A stretch of DNA of 64,000 nt from an uncultured Chloroflexia bacterium (GCA_963776355.1 CAVZLU010000006.1:946575-1010574); one strand, 5' to 3'; shown: positions 52,503 to 62,282, counted from the stretch's first letter. Notes: generated by a model not told the origin, from the letters alone. Numbers and translations are program-made.

Positions 52503-53197
52503 CTAGTCGCCGGCCGTCTGCGGCACGTGGCAGCGCCGGCAGACCGCGTCGGTGGACGGAACGTGCCCCGCCGGCACGGGCTTGAGGCCGGCCGGCGCAT
52601 GGCAGGTGATGCACGCGGGCAGGCTGTCCAGGGGATGGGGGATCGTCGGCGGGACGACGGCGGTCGCCACGTGGGGATTGTGGCAGCCGAGGCACGGCGC
52701 CTGCGCGAAATGCGCGCTGAGGTCGACCTGGGGAAGGTCGCGGGCCGCCCGGCCACCTCCTGGTGGCAGGTGGCGCAGAGTCCCTCCGCCGGCTTCGCCA
52801 CGCCGAGCGACCCGCTCGGGGCGCTCTCGGGGGCCGTTGCCGCGTGCTGGGCCAACGGGCCGTGGCAGCTCTCGCAGACGACCGGGACGTGCTTCCCGGC
52901 CTGCCACGGCGCGTACTCGGTCTCGTGGCAGCGCCGGCAGACGCTCGAGTCCGCGTACGACGGGGTGAGTGCCGCCCACGATCGGGCATTCTCGGCCGGG
53001 TGGTACCCGTACTCGTCGTAGACGATGGCGAAGGCCGCGCCGGCGGCGACGAGACCGACGGCGACGACGGCCACCAGGACGCCGACCTTGGCCATGCCCA
53101 GGGCAAGGCCCCTGCGACTGGTCGGGCGGAGCCGTCGAGAAGCCGCGCGCAAGCGGCGCGCACGGTCGCTCGCGAGGGCGGCACGCAGCCGGCTCAT
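52503..53197 (-). CDS. Membrane-anchored hexaheme cytochrome c (frameshift near 52740)
   Basis: N-terminal TM; CRRCH, CESCH and CATCH, then CLGCH, CITCH and CRRCH in a second frame. Confidence 0.9.
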
Positions 53198-53901
53198 AGC
53201 TCGGCAGCCTCGATCACGCCGCGGCGGAGGGCGAACCGCAGGAGCTCGACCCGGTCGTGGAAGCCGAGCCGCTCCATGATCGTTGCCCGGTGGTTGTGGA
53301 CGGTCTGCTCCGAGATGTGCAGCGTGCGGGCGATCTCGCGGTTGCTGTGGCCGTAGGCCGCCAGGCGGAGGACCTCGCGGGCCCGTTCGCTGAGCGTGTC
53401 GTACGCGTCCCCGTCCGCGTCCGGGGCGCGCAGGACGAACGCGTTCACCATCCGGGTGACGATCACGGGGCTGACGTACATGTCGCCGCGGGCCACGCAG
53501 TGGATGGCGTCGAGCACGTCGACGGGCTCCGCCTCGCGGTTGAGGAACCCGCTGGCCCCGGCCTTGATCGCCAGCGAGAACTGCTCGCTGCCCGGCCGGG
53601 ACTCGATGGCCAGGACCTTGATCGCCGGGTTCCCCGCCCGCACGGTTTCGATGGACTGGAACGAGGCGCAGCCACTGCTGGGGTAGGGGTGACACTCGGT
53701 GATCGCGAGGTCGGCGGCGGTCCGCGCCGCTCGCTCGCGCAGGGTGTCGCGGTCGTCGATGACGTCGACCACCGCCATGTCGGGCTGGCTGCCGATCAGC
53801 GCCCGGTAACCGGCGACGAGGGCCGGAAAGTCGAAGATGGCGAGCAGGACGCCCAGCCTCGGGCCGACGTCCCCGGCGGGGATCCGGTCGCTCGCTGTCA
53901 T
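53194..53901 (-). CDS. Atypical NarL/LuxR-type response regulator 2
   Basis: Same pseudo-receiver (ITECHPYPSSGC); intact HTH LSERAREVLRLAAYGHSNREIA...TVHNHR; its stop overlaps the hexaheme ATG. Confidence 0.9.
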   Translation of the reverse strand: MTASDRIPAGDVGPRLGVLLAIFDFPALVAGYRALIGSQPDMAVVDVIDDRDTLRERAARTAADLAITECHPYPSSGCASFQSIETVRAGNPAIKVLAIESRPGSEQFSLAIKAGASGFLNREAEPVDVLDAIHCVARGDMYVSPVIVTRMVNAFVLRAPDADGDAYDTLSERAREVLRLAAYGHSNREIARTLHISEQTVHNHRATIMERLGFHDRVELLRFALRRGVIEAAEL

Positions 53902-53925
53902 CGTCCCGACTCCGAGCCGGCCGGC

Positions 53926-54228
53926 TCAGCCGTGGGCCGCAGAGGCGTGAGCCCGACGCCGGAACAGGAGCGCCCAGGCGATCGGGGTGGCGGCGAGGAT
54001 CAGCACGCTGATCACGACGCCGAACGTCGCCGCTCCCGTCCCGAGGGTGAACAGCAGGCCGTAGGTGATGATGAAGAGGGCGATGAACTCGCAGGCGACC
54101 GTGAGGAGGGTGAGCGCGAGCCAGGGCGCGATCATCGAGCGGATTCCGCCACCCGGCACCCGCATCAGGGCGGCGCCCAGGACCAGGAGCCAGAACAGGA
54201 TTGCCAGCAGCACCGCGAGGCTGTCCAT
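53926..54228 (-). CDS. Small integral membrane protein (100 aa, about 3 TM)
   Basis: Almost wholly hydrophobic, RBS AAGGGA, first gene of the cytochrome operon. Confidence 0.7.
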   Translation of the reverse strand: MDSLAVLLAILFWLLVLGAALMRVPGGGIRSMIAPWLALTLLTVACEFIALFIITYGLLFTLGTGAATFGVVISVLILAATPIAWALLFRRRAHASAAHG

Positions 54229-54468
54229 GTCCGTCCCTTCGTGTCCCGATGTGCGTGGGCAAGGCCTGCCCGATGCCCGTTGAATCTGATCCAGTCAGCG
54301 CCGTCGAAGAAGGACATCGAAAGGTGGTTCTCAGCCGACGATGGTCCTGAAGATGGCCAACCGTCGGTGGGATGCCGATGATCGTCGTCGGAATCACGGC
54401 AACGGCCGTCGGATTTAGGACAACGGTGGTCGACTTCGCGACGGCCATCGTCGGGGGTCGGCGTGGGA

Positions 54469-54909
54469 TCAGCCCGCCGACGGGCGCTCCCCGAAGCGGG
54501 CGATGCCGCGGCCGATCCCGTACCCGAGGGCCACCGGGGGCAGGAACCAGATCGTCGCGATGACCCCCTGGACGGGGTCGATCGGCACGGGGTTGCCGGC
54601 GGCCGTCGCGACGAGCGGGATGGCGATCATTCCCGCCAGGACCCCGACGGCGACGATCCCGAGCCCGGCCCATCCGCGCGTCAGCAGGGCCGCGGCGATC
54701 CCCGCCGCGACGAGCAGGACGGGCGAGACGAGGACGCCGTTGAGCGCGCATGAGGTGCTGAGCCCCTGGGCCGCGCACCCAAGCAGCGCACCCCCGAAGA
54801 GCGCGACCGGACAGGCGGCGGCGACGAGAACGAGCGCCGCAATGTCGCGGGCGAGGGTCCTGGGCCGGGCTCTCACGCGTGCGCCTCCTCTGCCCGCCAT
54901 GATGCGCAA
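54469..54909 (-). CDS. Hypothetical membrane protein (about 4 TM)
   Basis: Hydrophobic helices with three Cys; start may be ATG 54900. Confidence 0.6.
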   Translation of the reverse strand: MRIMAGRGGARVRARPRTLARDIAALVLVAAACPVALFGGALLGCAAQGLSTSCALNGVLVSPVLLVAAGIAAALLTRGWAGLGIVAVGVLAGMIAIPLVATAAGNPVPIDPVQGVIATIWFLPPVALGYGIGRGIARFGERPSAG

Positions 54910-54954
54910 TCCCAGCGATCGCGGAGCGTGGAACTCGCGCTACGCTCGCTCCGC

Positions 54955-56841
54955 ATGTCCGTGCCCGAACGCACCCTTGCCGCCATCGTCGATGCCTTCG
55001 CCCCGGGGGGCGACGGTCTCCCCGCGGCGAGCGCGCTCGGCGTGCATCGGCGACTGCTCGCCGAGGTGGAGGCGCTGGGACGGCCCTCGTTCAGCCGCGA
55101 GCTCGGCATGCTGCTGCGCCTCGTCGACTCGCGCCTCGGCAACCTCGTCCTGGCGGGGCGCCCGATCCGCTTCACCGACCTGGATCAGGCTGATCGCGAA
55201 GCCTTCCTGCGGCGCCTCGCGGCCAGTCCCATCCCCCTCAAGCGGACCGCCTTCCAGGACTTCAAGCGCCTCGCCCTGCTGCTGACCTACGGCATGGAGG
55301 ACTCCCCGTGGCGGGCGATGACGGGCTACGTGGCGCCGCCGGCGGACCCGCCGCGCCTGACGCCCCTCGACGTCCGTACCCCGCTGCCGGGCGAGGAGAT
55401 CGAGGCCGACGCCGTCGTCATCGGCTCGGGCGCGGGCGGCGCGATCACCGCGGCCGTGCTGGCGGCGGCCGGCCGGCGGGTGGTGGTGCTCGAGCGGGCG
55501 GCCATGGTGGCGGAGGATCGATTCGGCGGCCCGGAGCTCGAGGGCCTGGCCAGCCTCTTCCTCGACCGCGGGCTGGCGGCGACCTCCGACCGCTGGATCG
55601 CGATCCGGGCCGGAAGCGCCGTCGGCGGCGGCACGGTCGTCAACTGGAGCACGTCGCTGCGGGCGCCGGCGGCCGTGCGCGACGAGTGGCGGGCAGCCGG
55701 CGTCGGCGACGACCTCGACGAGCACTACGCGGCGGTGGAGACCGAGATCGACGTCACAACGGACGAGAGCACGCCCAACGGGCCGAACGCGATGCTCGCC
55801 GCCGGTCTCGCCGCCCTGGGCCTGACAGCGACGGTCGTGCCCCGCAACGTCCGCGGGTGCGGCGACTGTGGGCCATGCGCGGTCGGCTGCCGAAGGGGCG
55901 CCAAGCGGTCGGCGTTGCGGACCTACCTCGCGGCCGCCTGTCGCGACGGGGCGACGATCCTCGACCGGGCCGAGGTCCGCCGGATCGACGTCCGCGGGGG
56001 CCGGGCCGCGGGCGTGATGGCGGCCGTTCCGGGCGGGGATGTCACCGTCCGGGCGCCGCTTGTGGCGCTCGCCGGCGGCAGCATCCTCTCGCCGGCGGTG
56101 CTCCTGCGGTCTGGAATCGCGACTGCGACGGCGGGCCGATCCCTCCATCTCCACCCGGTCGTCGGGGTCGCGGGCATCTACCCGGAGCCCCTCGCCCCCT
56201 GGGCAGGGGTGCCGCAGGGCGTGATGAGCGAAGCCCATGCGGAGGTGGACGGGACGTGGGGCTTCCGGCTCGAGGCCGCTCCGACGCACCCGGGCCTGAT
56301 CGCGAGCGCCTTGCCCTGGTGGTCGAGCGCCGGCCACCGGGCGCTGATGGCCGCGAGCGACCGCACCGCGGCCTTCATCGCCATCGTGCGCGACCGGAGC
56401 ACGGGCCGCGTCGATCTCGCCCGCGACGGCGGGATCACCGTGCGCTATGCGCCCGGCGGGGCCGAGAGGGCCCTCCTCCAGCTCGGGATGCTCGAGCTGG
56501 CCCGCCTTCATCGCGCCGCCGGCGCGCGGCGGATCATCCCCCTGGTCACGCCACCGCTCGACTGGGTGGAAGGTGCTGCCTTCGACCCCTACCTCGGCGC
56601 CCTCGGCCGGCGCTCGATCAGCCCGAACCGCGTGCTCCTGTTCACCGCCCACCAGATGTCGAGCTGCCGAATCGGGACGAGCGCCCGCGACAGCGTCGCG
56701 GACGCGGACGGGCAGGTCTGGGGTGTCGACGGCCTCTACGTGACCGATGCGAGCGCGTTCCCAACTGCCAGCGGGGTGAACCCGATGCTCTCGATCATGG
56801 CCCTCGCCCGCCGGACGGCCGCGCGCATGGCCGCCCGCTAG
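54955..56841 (+). CDS. GMC oxidoreductase (long-chain alcohol oxidase-like)
   Basis: VIGSGAGG, GSAVGGGTVVNW, HQMSSC and FPTASGVNP; TACGCT box 8 nt before ATG 54955. Confidence 0.9.
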   Translation: MSVPERTLAAIVDAFAPGGDGLPAASALGVHRRLLAEVEALGRPSFSRELGMLLRLVDSRLGNLVLAGRPIRFTDLDQADREAFLRRLAASPIPLKRTAFQDFKRLALLLTYGMEDSPWRAMTGYVAPPADPPRLTPLDVRTPLPGEEIEADAVVIGSGAGGAITAAVLAAAGRRVVVLERAAMVAEDRFGGPELEGLASLFLDRGLAATSDRWIAIRAGSAVGGGTVVNWSTSLRAPAAVRDEWRAAGVGDDLDEHYAAVETEIDVTTDESTPNGPNAMLAAGLAALGLTATVVPRNVRGCGDCGPCAVGCRRGAKRSALRTYLAAACRDGATILDRAEVRRIDVRGGRAAGVMAAVPGGDVTVRAPLVALAGGSILSPAVLLRSGIATATAGRSLHLHPVVGVAGIYPEPLAPWAGVPQGVMSEAHAEVDGTWGFRLEAAPTHPGLIASALPWWSSAGHRALMAASDRTAAFIAIVRDRSTGRVDLARDGGITVRYAPGGAERALLQLGMLELARLHRAAGARRIIPLVTPPLDWVEGAAFDPYLGALGRRSISPNRVLLFTAHQMSSCRIGTSARDSVADADGQVWGVDGLYVTDASAFPTASGVNPMLSIMALARRTAARMAAR

Positions 56842-56881
56842 CCTTCATCGGTCCGGTGACCCGGGGCGTACCCGAACCTGC

Positions 56882-57788
56882 TCAGCCCGCGCCGATCGCC
56901 TCGCGAGCCGCCCCGAGGCCGGGTCGGCGCCTCTCCACGACCACGGGCGGGGCCGCACGAGGGCCGGTCTCCGCCGGCTTCCGCAGCGGGATGGTGGCAA
57001 GGAGCATGCACAGGCCCCCGAACCACAGCGCGGGCAGGGCCACCATGGCTGCGACGGGAACCGCCCAGCGCCGGTCGGTGCGGGCGCCCCAGACCACGAT
57101 GGCGACGGCGGCCGGGAGCCGCAGCGCCAGCGGCACGGGAACCGCCGCCCACGTGCCGCTCGCCTTGGCCGCGCTTGCGGTCAGCACCCCGATCCAGTCC
57201 GCCCAGGCCGCGGGGGCAACGACGAACGAGACGGCGACGACACCGGCCGTCGCCCCCATGGCGATGCCGAGCTGGCGCCACTCTCGCCGGACCGCGAACC
57301 AGAGCAGCCCGATCCCCGGCGTCACCTTGGTCAGGAGGACGATCGCCCACGCAGCCGGCCAGCGGAAGCCGGCGACGATCGCGCCCGGCCAGCAGGAGAT
57401 GGATGTTCCCGCCCGCCAGCTCGAGCCCGGCGAAGAGGATGGCAGCCGCATAGAGGCGCGGCCCGGACAGCCAGCGGATCGCCAGCAGGAGGACCGCCGT
57501 CCAGATGGCCAGGAACTCCGGCCACGGCAGCACCTTGAACGGCCCCAGCACCTGGAGGAAGGCCGGCGAGTAGACGTAGGCGAGGGACGCCGTCCAGTTC
57601 GAGGCCACGTAGGGGTTGGCGAGACCGGGCACCCAGTAGCAGAAGGCCTCCATGCCCGTCTGCAGGGGCCGCCCGGCCGGGCCGGCGAGGGCCACGATCA
57701 GGGCGAGGAACACGGCGGCCGTCGCCAGCCCGACCGTCTCCCACCCGATCGGCGGGATGAGCCGGCGGCGGTTCACCTCGCTGGTCAT
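56882..57788 (-). CDS. Glycosyltransferase family 87 / DUF2029 membrane protein (frameshift near 57390)
   Basis: YVYSPAF, GGNIH and LLTKVTPG; many TM helices. Confidence 0.8.
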
Positions 57789-58018
57789 CGGTCCTCCCTG
57801 ACGCCGCCGCGATGCTCGCCGTGTCGGGGCGAGCGGCGGGAACCCGAGTGTGGCCAATGGCGGGGATTCCGTCAAAGGCCCAAGGTCGGGTTCTGCCGCG
57901 ACGTCCGGATTACAGTCTCCGCGGTTTCTGCCCTCGGGGCGGCGCGGGCCCGCAGAACAGTCGGAATCGCCCTTGGAGCTGACCGGTCGTCCAGTCGAAG
58001 GTGGGGGCGGAGGACCCC

Positions 58019-59314
58019 ATGGCCCATGTCACGTCCCGCGGCTCGTACCAGCACTGGTCGAGCGACTGAACCGCTTTCCCCAGGGCGCTCCACCGTCCGA
58101 GCTGCTGTACCGGATCCTGGAGATGCTCGTCAGCGAGCGCGAGGCCGGCCTGGTGGCGCAGCTGCCGATCCGGCCGTTCACCGCGCGACAGGCGGCGCGG
58201 ACGTGGCAGATGCGGCCGGCGGACGCGCAGGCGGCGCTCGACGCCCTGGCGTCGCGGGCGATCCTGCTCGACATGGAAGGCCCAGAGGGCACGGTGTTCG
58301 TGCTGCCGCCTCCCATGGCGGGCTTCTTCGAGTTCTCGATGATGCGCGTCCGCGACGACATCGACCAGCGGCTGCTGAGCGAGCTGTTCCACGAGTACAT
58401 CACGGTCGAGGACGAGTTCATCCTCAACCTGTTCACCAACGGGGAGACGCAGCTGGGACGTGTCTTCGCCAACGAGCCGGCACTCGCGGCGCGCGGCGCG
58501 CGGGCGGCACCCGCCTTGCACGTCCTGGATCATCAGCGCGCCAGCAACGTGATCGAGACCGCCGACCACATGGGTGTCGGCGCCTGCTACTGCCGCCACA
58601 AGGCGGAGCACCTCGGGCGGGCGTGCGGCTGCCCCGCTGAACATCTGCATGACCTTCGGCGGGACGGCCGACTCCCTCATCCGTCACGGGTACGCCCGCC
58701 GTGTCGACCGCGCCGAAGGGATGGACCTGCTCGCCGAGGCCCAGGCGGCCAACCTCGTCCAGTTCGGCGAGAACGTCCAGCGAGGCGTCAACTTCATCTG
58801 CAACTGCTGCGGCTGCTGCTGCGAGGCGATGATCGCGGCCCGACGCTTCGGGATGCTCCATCCGGTTCACACCACCGGCTTCTTGCCCCATGTCGCTGCC
58901 GAGCTCTGCAACGGCTGCGGCCGCTGCGTCGACGCGTGCCCCGTCGAGGCGATGACGCTCGTGTCGGCCCACGACCCGCAGAAGGCGCGGAAGCGACGCG
59001 CCGCCGTCGACGCCGAGATCTGCCTGGGCTGCGGCGTGTGCACCCGCGTCTGTCCCACCAATGGACTCTGGCTCGAGGCGCGCCCCGAGCGCGTGCTGAC
59101 GCCCGTCGACACGCTCCATCGCACCGTCCTGATGGCGATCGAACGCGGGCGGCTCGCGGACTGCATCTTCGACAACCGGGCCCTCTTCAGCCACCGCGCG
59201 ATGGCCGCGATCCTGGGTGTGATCCTTCGCCTGCCGCCGACGCGGCAGGTGCTGGCGATGGAGCAGGTCAGGTCGCGCTACCTCGCGACCCTGCTCGAGC
59301 GGCTGAAGCCGTAG
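58019..59314 (+). CDS. Cys-rich 4Fe-4S dicluster protein of unknown function (frameshifts near 58055 and 58628)
   Basis: MAHVTSRGSY...LVERLNRFPQGAPP, CYCRH, CNCCGCCCE, CNGCGRCVDACP and CLGCGVCTRVCP. Confidence 0.85.
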
Positions 59315-59427
59315 GCGGGTTCCGGCCGCGCCCTAGCCCTGCGACAGCGGCGCCGGACGACGGTGTCCAGCCGCGTGCCGAGGCCCGGGCGTTTGACCGG
59401 CCGTCCGGGTGCGCTCAGGCTTCCCGG

Positions 59428-60762
59428 GTGCCGCGCCGATCGTTCGCCCTGAAGTGGCCCGTCGTCGCGCTGCTGCTCGCGACCGCGACGGCCTGCGCGC
59501 CGTCGCCCGATCGCAGCCCCGAGCCTTCCTCGACGACGGCGGGCCCGAGTCCCTCCGGGGCGCCCGCATCGACGCCGCCACCCGCGGCGGGCCACGAGGT
59601 CTTCGGCTTCGTGCCGTACTGGGAGATGGATGCCGGGATCACCGCCCACCTCCGGACGACGATGCTCACGACGCTCGCCCTCTTCAGCGTCACGAACACC
59701 CGCGCCGGGGCCATCGACACGACGCAGACCGGCTACCGCCGGATCACGGGTGCGGTCGGCCAACAGATGATCCGCGAAGCCCACGCGCGCGGCACGCGCG
59801 TCGAGCTCGTGTTCTCGAGCTTCGGCCTCGAGCGGAACACGGCCTTCTTCACCCGGGAGGACCTCCAGGACGCGACCATCGCCTCCCTCGTGGCGCTCGT
59901 CGGGACGCTCGGGCTCGACGGCGTCAACGTGGACGTCGAGGCGCTCGATCCCGACCTCGTGCCCGCCTACGGGGCGTTCGTGGGGCGGCTGCGCGGCGCC
60001 GTCATCGCGGCGGATGCGTCCGACCACGTGTCGGTCGCGACCACGGCGAACCTCGTTGGAGCCGCGCTGGCCGCGGCGGCCGCGGGGGCCGGCGCGGACC
60101 GGATCTTCCTCATGGGCTACGACTACCGGGTCGCCGGCTCGGCGCCGGGTGCCACGGCGCCGATCGACCGCCGCGACGGCGAGGACAAGGACCTGGCCTG
60201 GTCGCTCGACCTGTACGGGGCGCTCGGCGTCCCGGTCGAGCGGACCATCCTTGGCCTGCCCCTGTACGGGATGAGCTGGCCCGTCAGCGGTCCGGAGCTC
60301 GGGGCGCCCCAGACCGGCCGCGGGGAGGCCTGGATCCTGCGCCAGCACCTCGACGTGCTCCTCGACCCGGCGATCGTGCCCGTCCGCGACGAGGTCGAGA
60401 TGGTCGAGCTCTACGTGCTCGACGGGAAGGGAGCTCCGCTCCGGCCGTCATCTCCACCAGCGAGCGCCAGCGCGTCGGCTGGCTCGGCGGCCGCGTCGCC
60501 GGCCGGACCGGGCGCTGCGCCGCCGGTCGGGCCGTGGCCTCGGCCGCGGCGTCGCCGGCCCCGTCACCGACGCCGCCGGCGCAGGCCGGACCCTGGCGGG
60601 CGATCTACGTCGAATTCGCCCGAGACGCTGGCGGCCAAGCTCGCCCTCGCCACCGGGCGGGGCCTCGCGGGCGCCGGGTTCTGGGCGATCGGCTACGAGC
60701 GTGGCCTGCCCGGCTACACCGAGCTGATCGCCCGCTTCGCCGCCGGCGAGCCCATGCCGTAG
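59428..60762 (+). CDS. Glycoside hydrolase family 18 lipoprotein (possible compensating frameshifts at 60535-60605)
   Basis: Lipobox TATAC, DGVNVDVE, LMGYDY, LGLPLYG and GAGFWAIG. Confidence 0.85.
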   Translation: MPRRSFALKWPVVALLLATATACAPSPDRSPEPSSTTAGPSPSGAPASTPPPAAGHEVFGFVPYWEMDAGITAHLRTTMLTTLALFSVTNTRAGAIDTTQTGYRRITGAVGQQMIREAHARGTRVELVFSSFGLERNTAFFTREDLQDATIASLVALVGTLGLDGVNVDVEALDPDLVPAYGAFVGRLRGAVIAADASDHVSVATTANLVGAALAAAAAGAGADRIFLMGYDYRVAGSAPGATAPIDRRDGEDKDLAWSLDLYGALGVPVERTILGLPLYGMSWPVSGPELGAPQTGRGEAWILRQHLDVLLDPAIVPVRDEVEMVELYVLDGKGAPLRPSSPPASASASAGSAAASPAGPGAAPPVGPWPRPRRRRPRHRRRRRRPDPGGRSTSNSPETLAAKLALATGRGLAGAGFWAIGYERGLPGYTELIARFAAGEPMP

Positions 60763-60837
60763 CCGGACCCCACCCGTCCAGCCCCGTGCGGCGTGGGGCG
60801 ACGAGCCGGCACGCAATGTGGTGGCGGGCGGCAGCGA

Positions 60838-61920
60838 TCACGATCCCGGGGCGAGGCCCACGACGTTGAAGGCGGCGACGGGGCGGCTGAATCCCTTGAG
60901 GGTCAGCTCCCCGACGGGCTCACCGTAGACCAGCTCCTCGACCGCCGAGTAGCCCCGCTGGTTGACGAGGATCTGGCCCGCGCGGGCCTCGCTGCAGAGG
61001 CGCGAGGCCATGATCACCACGGTTCCGATGGCCGCGTAGTCGTAGCGGCCGTCGAAGCCGATCCGCCCCAGGGTGGCATGGCCCACGGCCATCCCGACCC
61101 CGAACCCGAGATCGTGGCCACGCTTGCGCCAGGCCACGTTCATGGCCTCGAAGCGCGCCCGCATGGCGATCGCCATCCGCACCGCACGGGCCTCGTGGTC
61201 GGGCTGGGGCACCGGGTCGTTGAAGAAGACGAGGATGCCGTCGCCCGCGAAATGCTCGAGGGTGCCGCCGAACTCCACGACGAGGGCACCCATCGCCGCA
61301 TGGTAGTCGCGGAGCATGTCGAGCAGCTCCTCGGGCTCGGCCGTCTCGGCAAAGGCGGTGAAGCCGCGCAGGTCGCTGAAGACGGCGGTGATGATCCGCC
61401 GGTGACCTCCCAGGAGCGCTTCGCCGTCGGCGCTGGAAACCAGCTCGGCGACCTGGGGCGAGAGGAAGCGCGCCAGCTCGGAGCGCTGGCGGTCGATCGT
61501 GCGCAGGTAGTCGCGCTCGAGGTCGCGCAGGCGCTTGGCGGCCAGGGAGGTCGAGAGGCGGGCCTGGAGGACGGCCGCGTTGAACGGCTTCGGGAGGTAG
61601 TCGGCCGCCCCCATCTCGATGCAGCGAACGACGCTGTCGAGGTCGTCCACGGCCGAGATCACGATGACCGGAAGGTGGGCGATGGCATCCGAGGCCTTGA
61701 TCCGGCGGAGCGTCTCGTAGCCGTCCATCTCCGGCATCTCGAGATCCAGCAGGATGACGTCGATGCCCGAGGCGCCGGGCGCCTCCAGCAGGTCCATGGC
61801 CTCCCGGCCGTTGGCGGCCTCGATCGCCTCGTGGCCCCGGGTCGCGAGGGCGCGCGCCAGGATGAGCCGGTTGAGGCGGGTGTCGTCGACGACGAGGATC
61901 CGCCCGCGCTCGTCGGTCAC
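60838..61920 (-). CDS. Receiver-class III nucleotide cyclase fusion
   Basis: VVDD, LLDLEMP and YLPKP receiver; FSDLRGFT, EHFAGDG and GTVVIMASRL cyclase. Confidence 0.9.
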   Translation of the reverse strand: MTDERGRILVVDDTRLNRLILARALATRGHEAIEAANGREAMDLLEAPGASGIDVILLDLEMPEMDGYETLRRIKASDAIAHLPVIVISAVDDLDSVVRCIEMGAADYLPKPFNAAVLQARLSTSLAAKRLRDLERDYLRTIDRQRSELARFLSPQVAELVSSADGEALLGGHRRIITAVFSDLRGFTAFAETAEPEELLDMLRDYHAAMGALVVEFGGTLEHFAGDGILVFFNDPVPQPDHEARAVRMAIAMRARFEAMNVAWRKRGHDLGFGVGMAVGHATLGRIGFDGRYDYAAIGTVVIMASRLCSEARAGQILVNQRGYSAVEELVYGEPVGELTLKGFSRPVAAFNVVGLAPGS

Positions 61921-62282
61921 GATGCCTCGCCCGCGACCAGCGCACCCCGCAGGGCGGCCTCGACCTCGTTGTACATCTCGGCGGCCCGCTCGACGCGCTC
62001 GCCGAGGCCGGCGAGGTCTCCGGCCGCCGCCGCGGCTTCGATCTCGCGGCACTGCGCCGCCAGGCCGACCGCCCCCAGGCTCCCGCTCGTCGACTTCAGC
62101 GTGTGGGCCGCCCGCCGCGCGGCCGGCGCGTCACCGCGACCCACCGCCGCCCGCAGCTCGGCCAGGAGGCCAGGGCAGTCGGCCCGGTACGTTTCGACCA
62201 GCTCCGCGAGGAAGTCGCGGTCGCCCCCCACGGTCTCGAGGAGCTCGGCGAGGACGGCGGCATCGATGGGCTCGTCAGGCAT
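61917..62282 (-). CDS. Hpt phosphotransfer protein
   Basis: [14 protein letters not shown] motif. Confidence 0.9.
   Translation of the reverse strand: MPDEPIDAAVLAELLETVGGDRDFLAELVETYRADCPGLLAELRAAVGRGDAPAARRAAHTLKSTSGSLGAVGLAAQCREIEAAAAAGDLAGLGERVERAAEMYNEVEAALRGALVAGEAS

Noticed and set aside
49484-53197. NrfA nitrite reductase or a full alternative complex III
   Set aside because: All heme motifs are CxxCH with no CxxCK, and there is no ActB molybdopterin-like domain or ActD/E/F genes.
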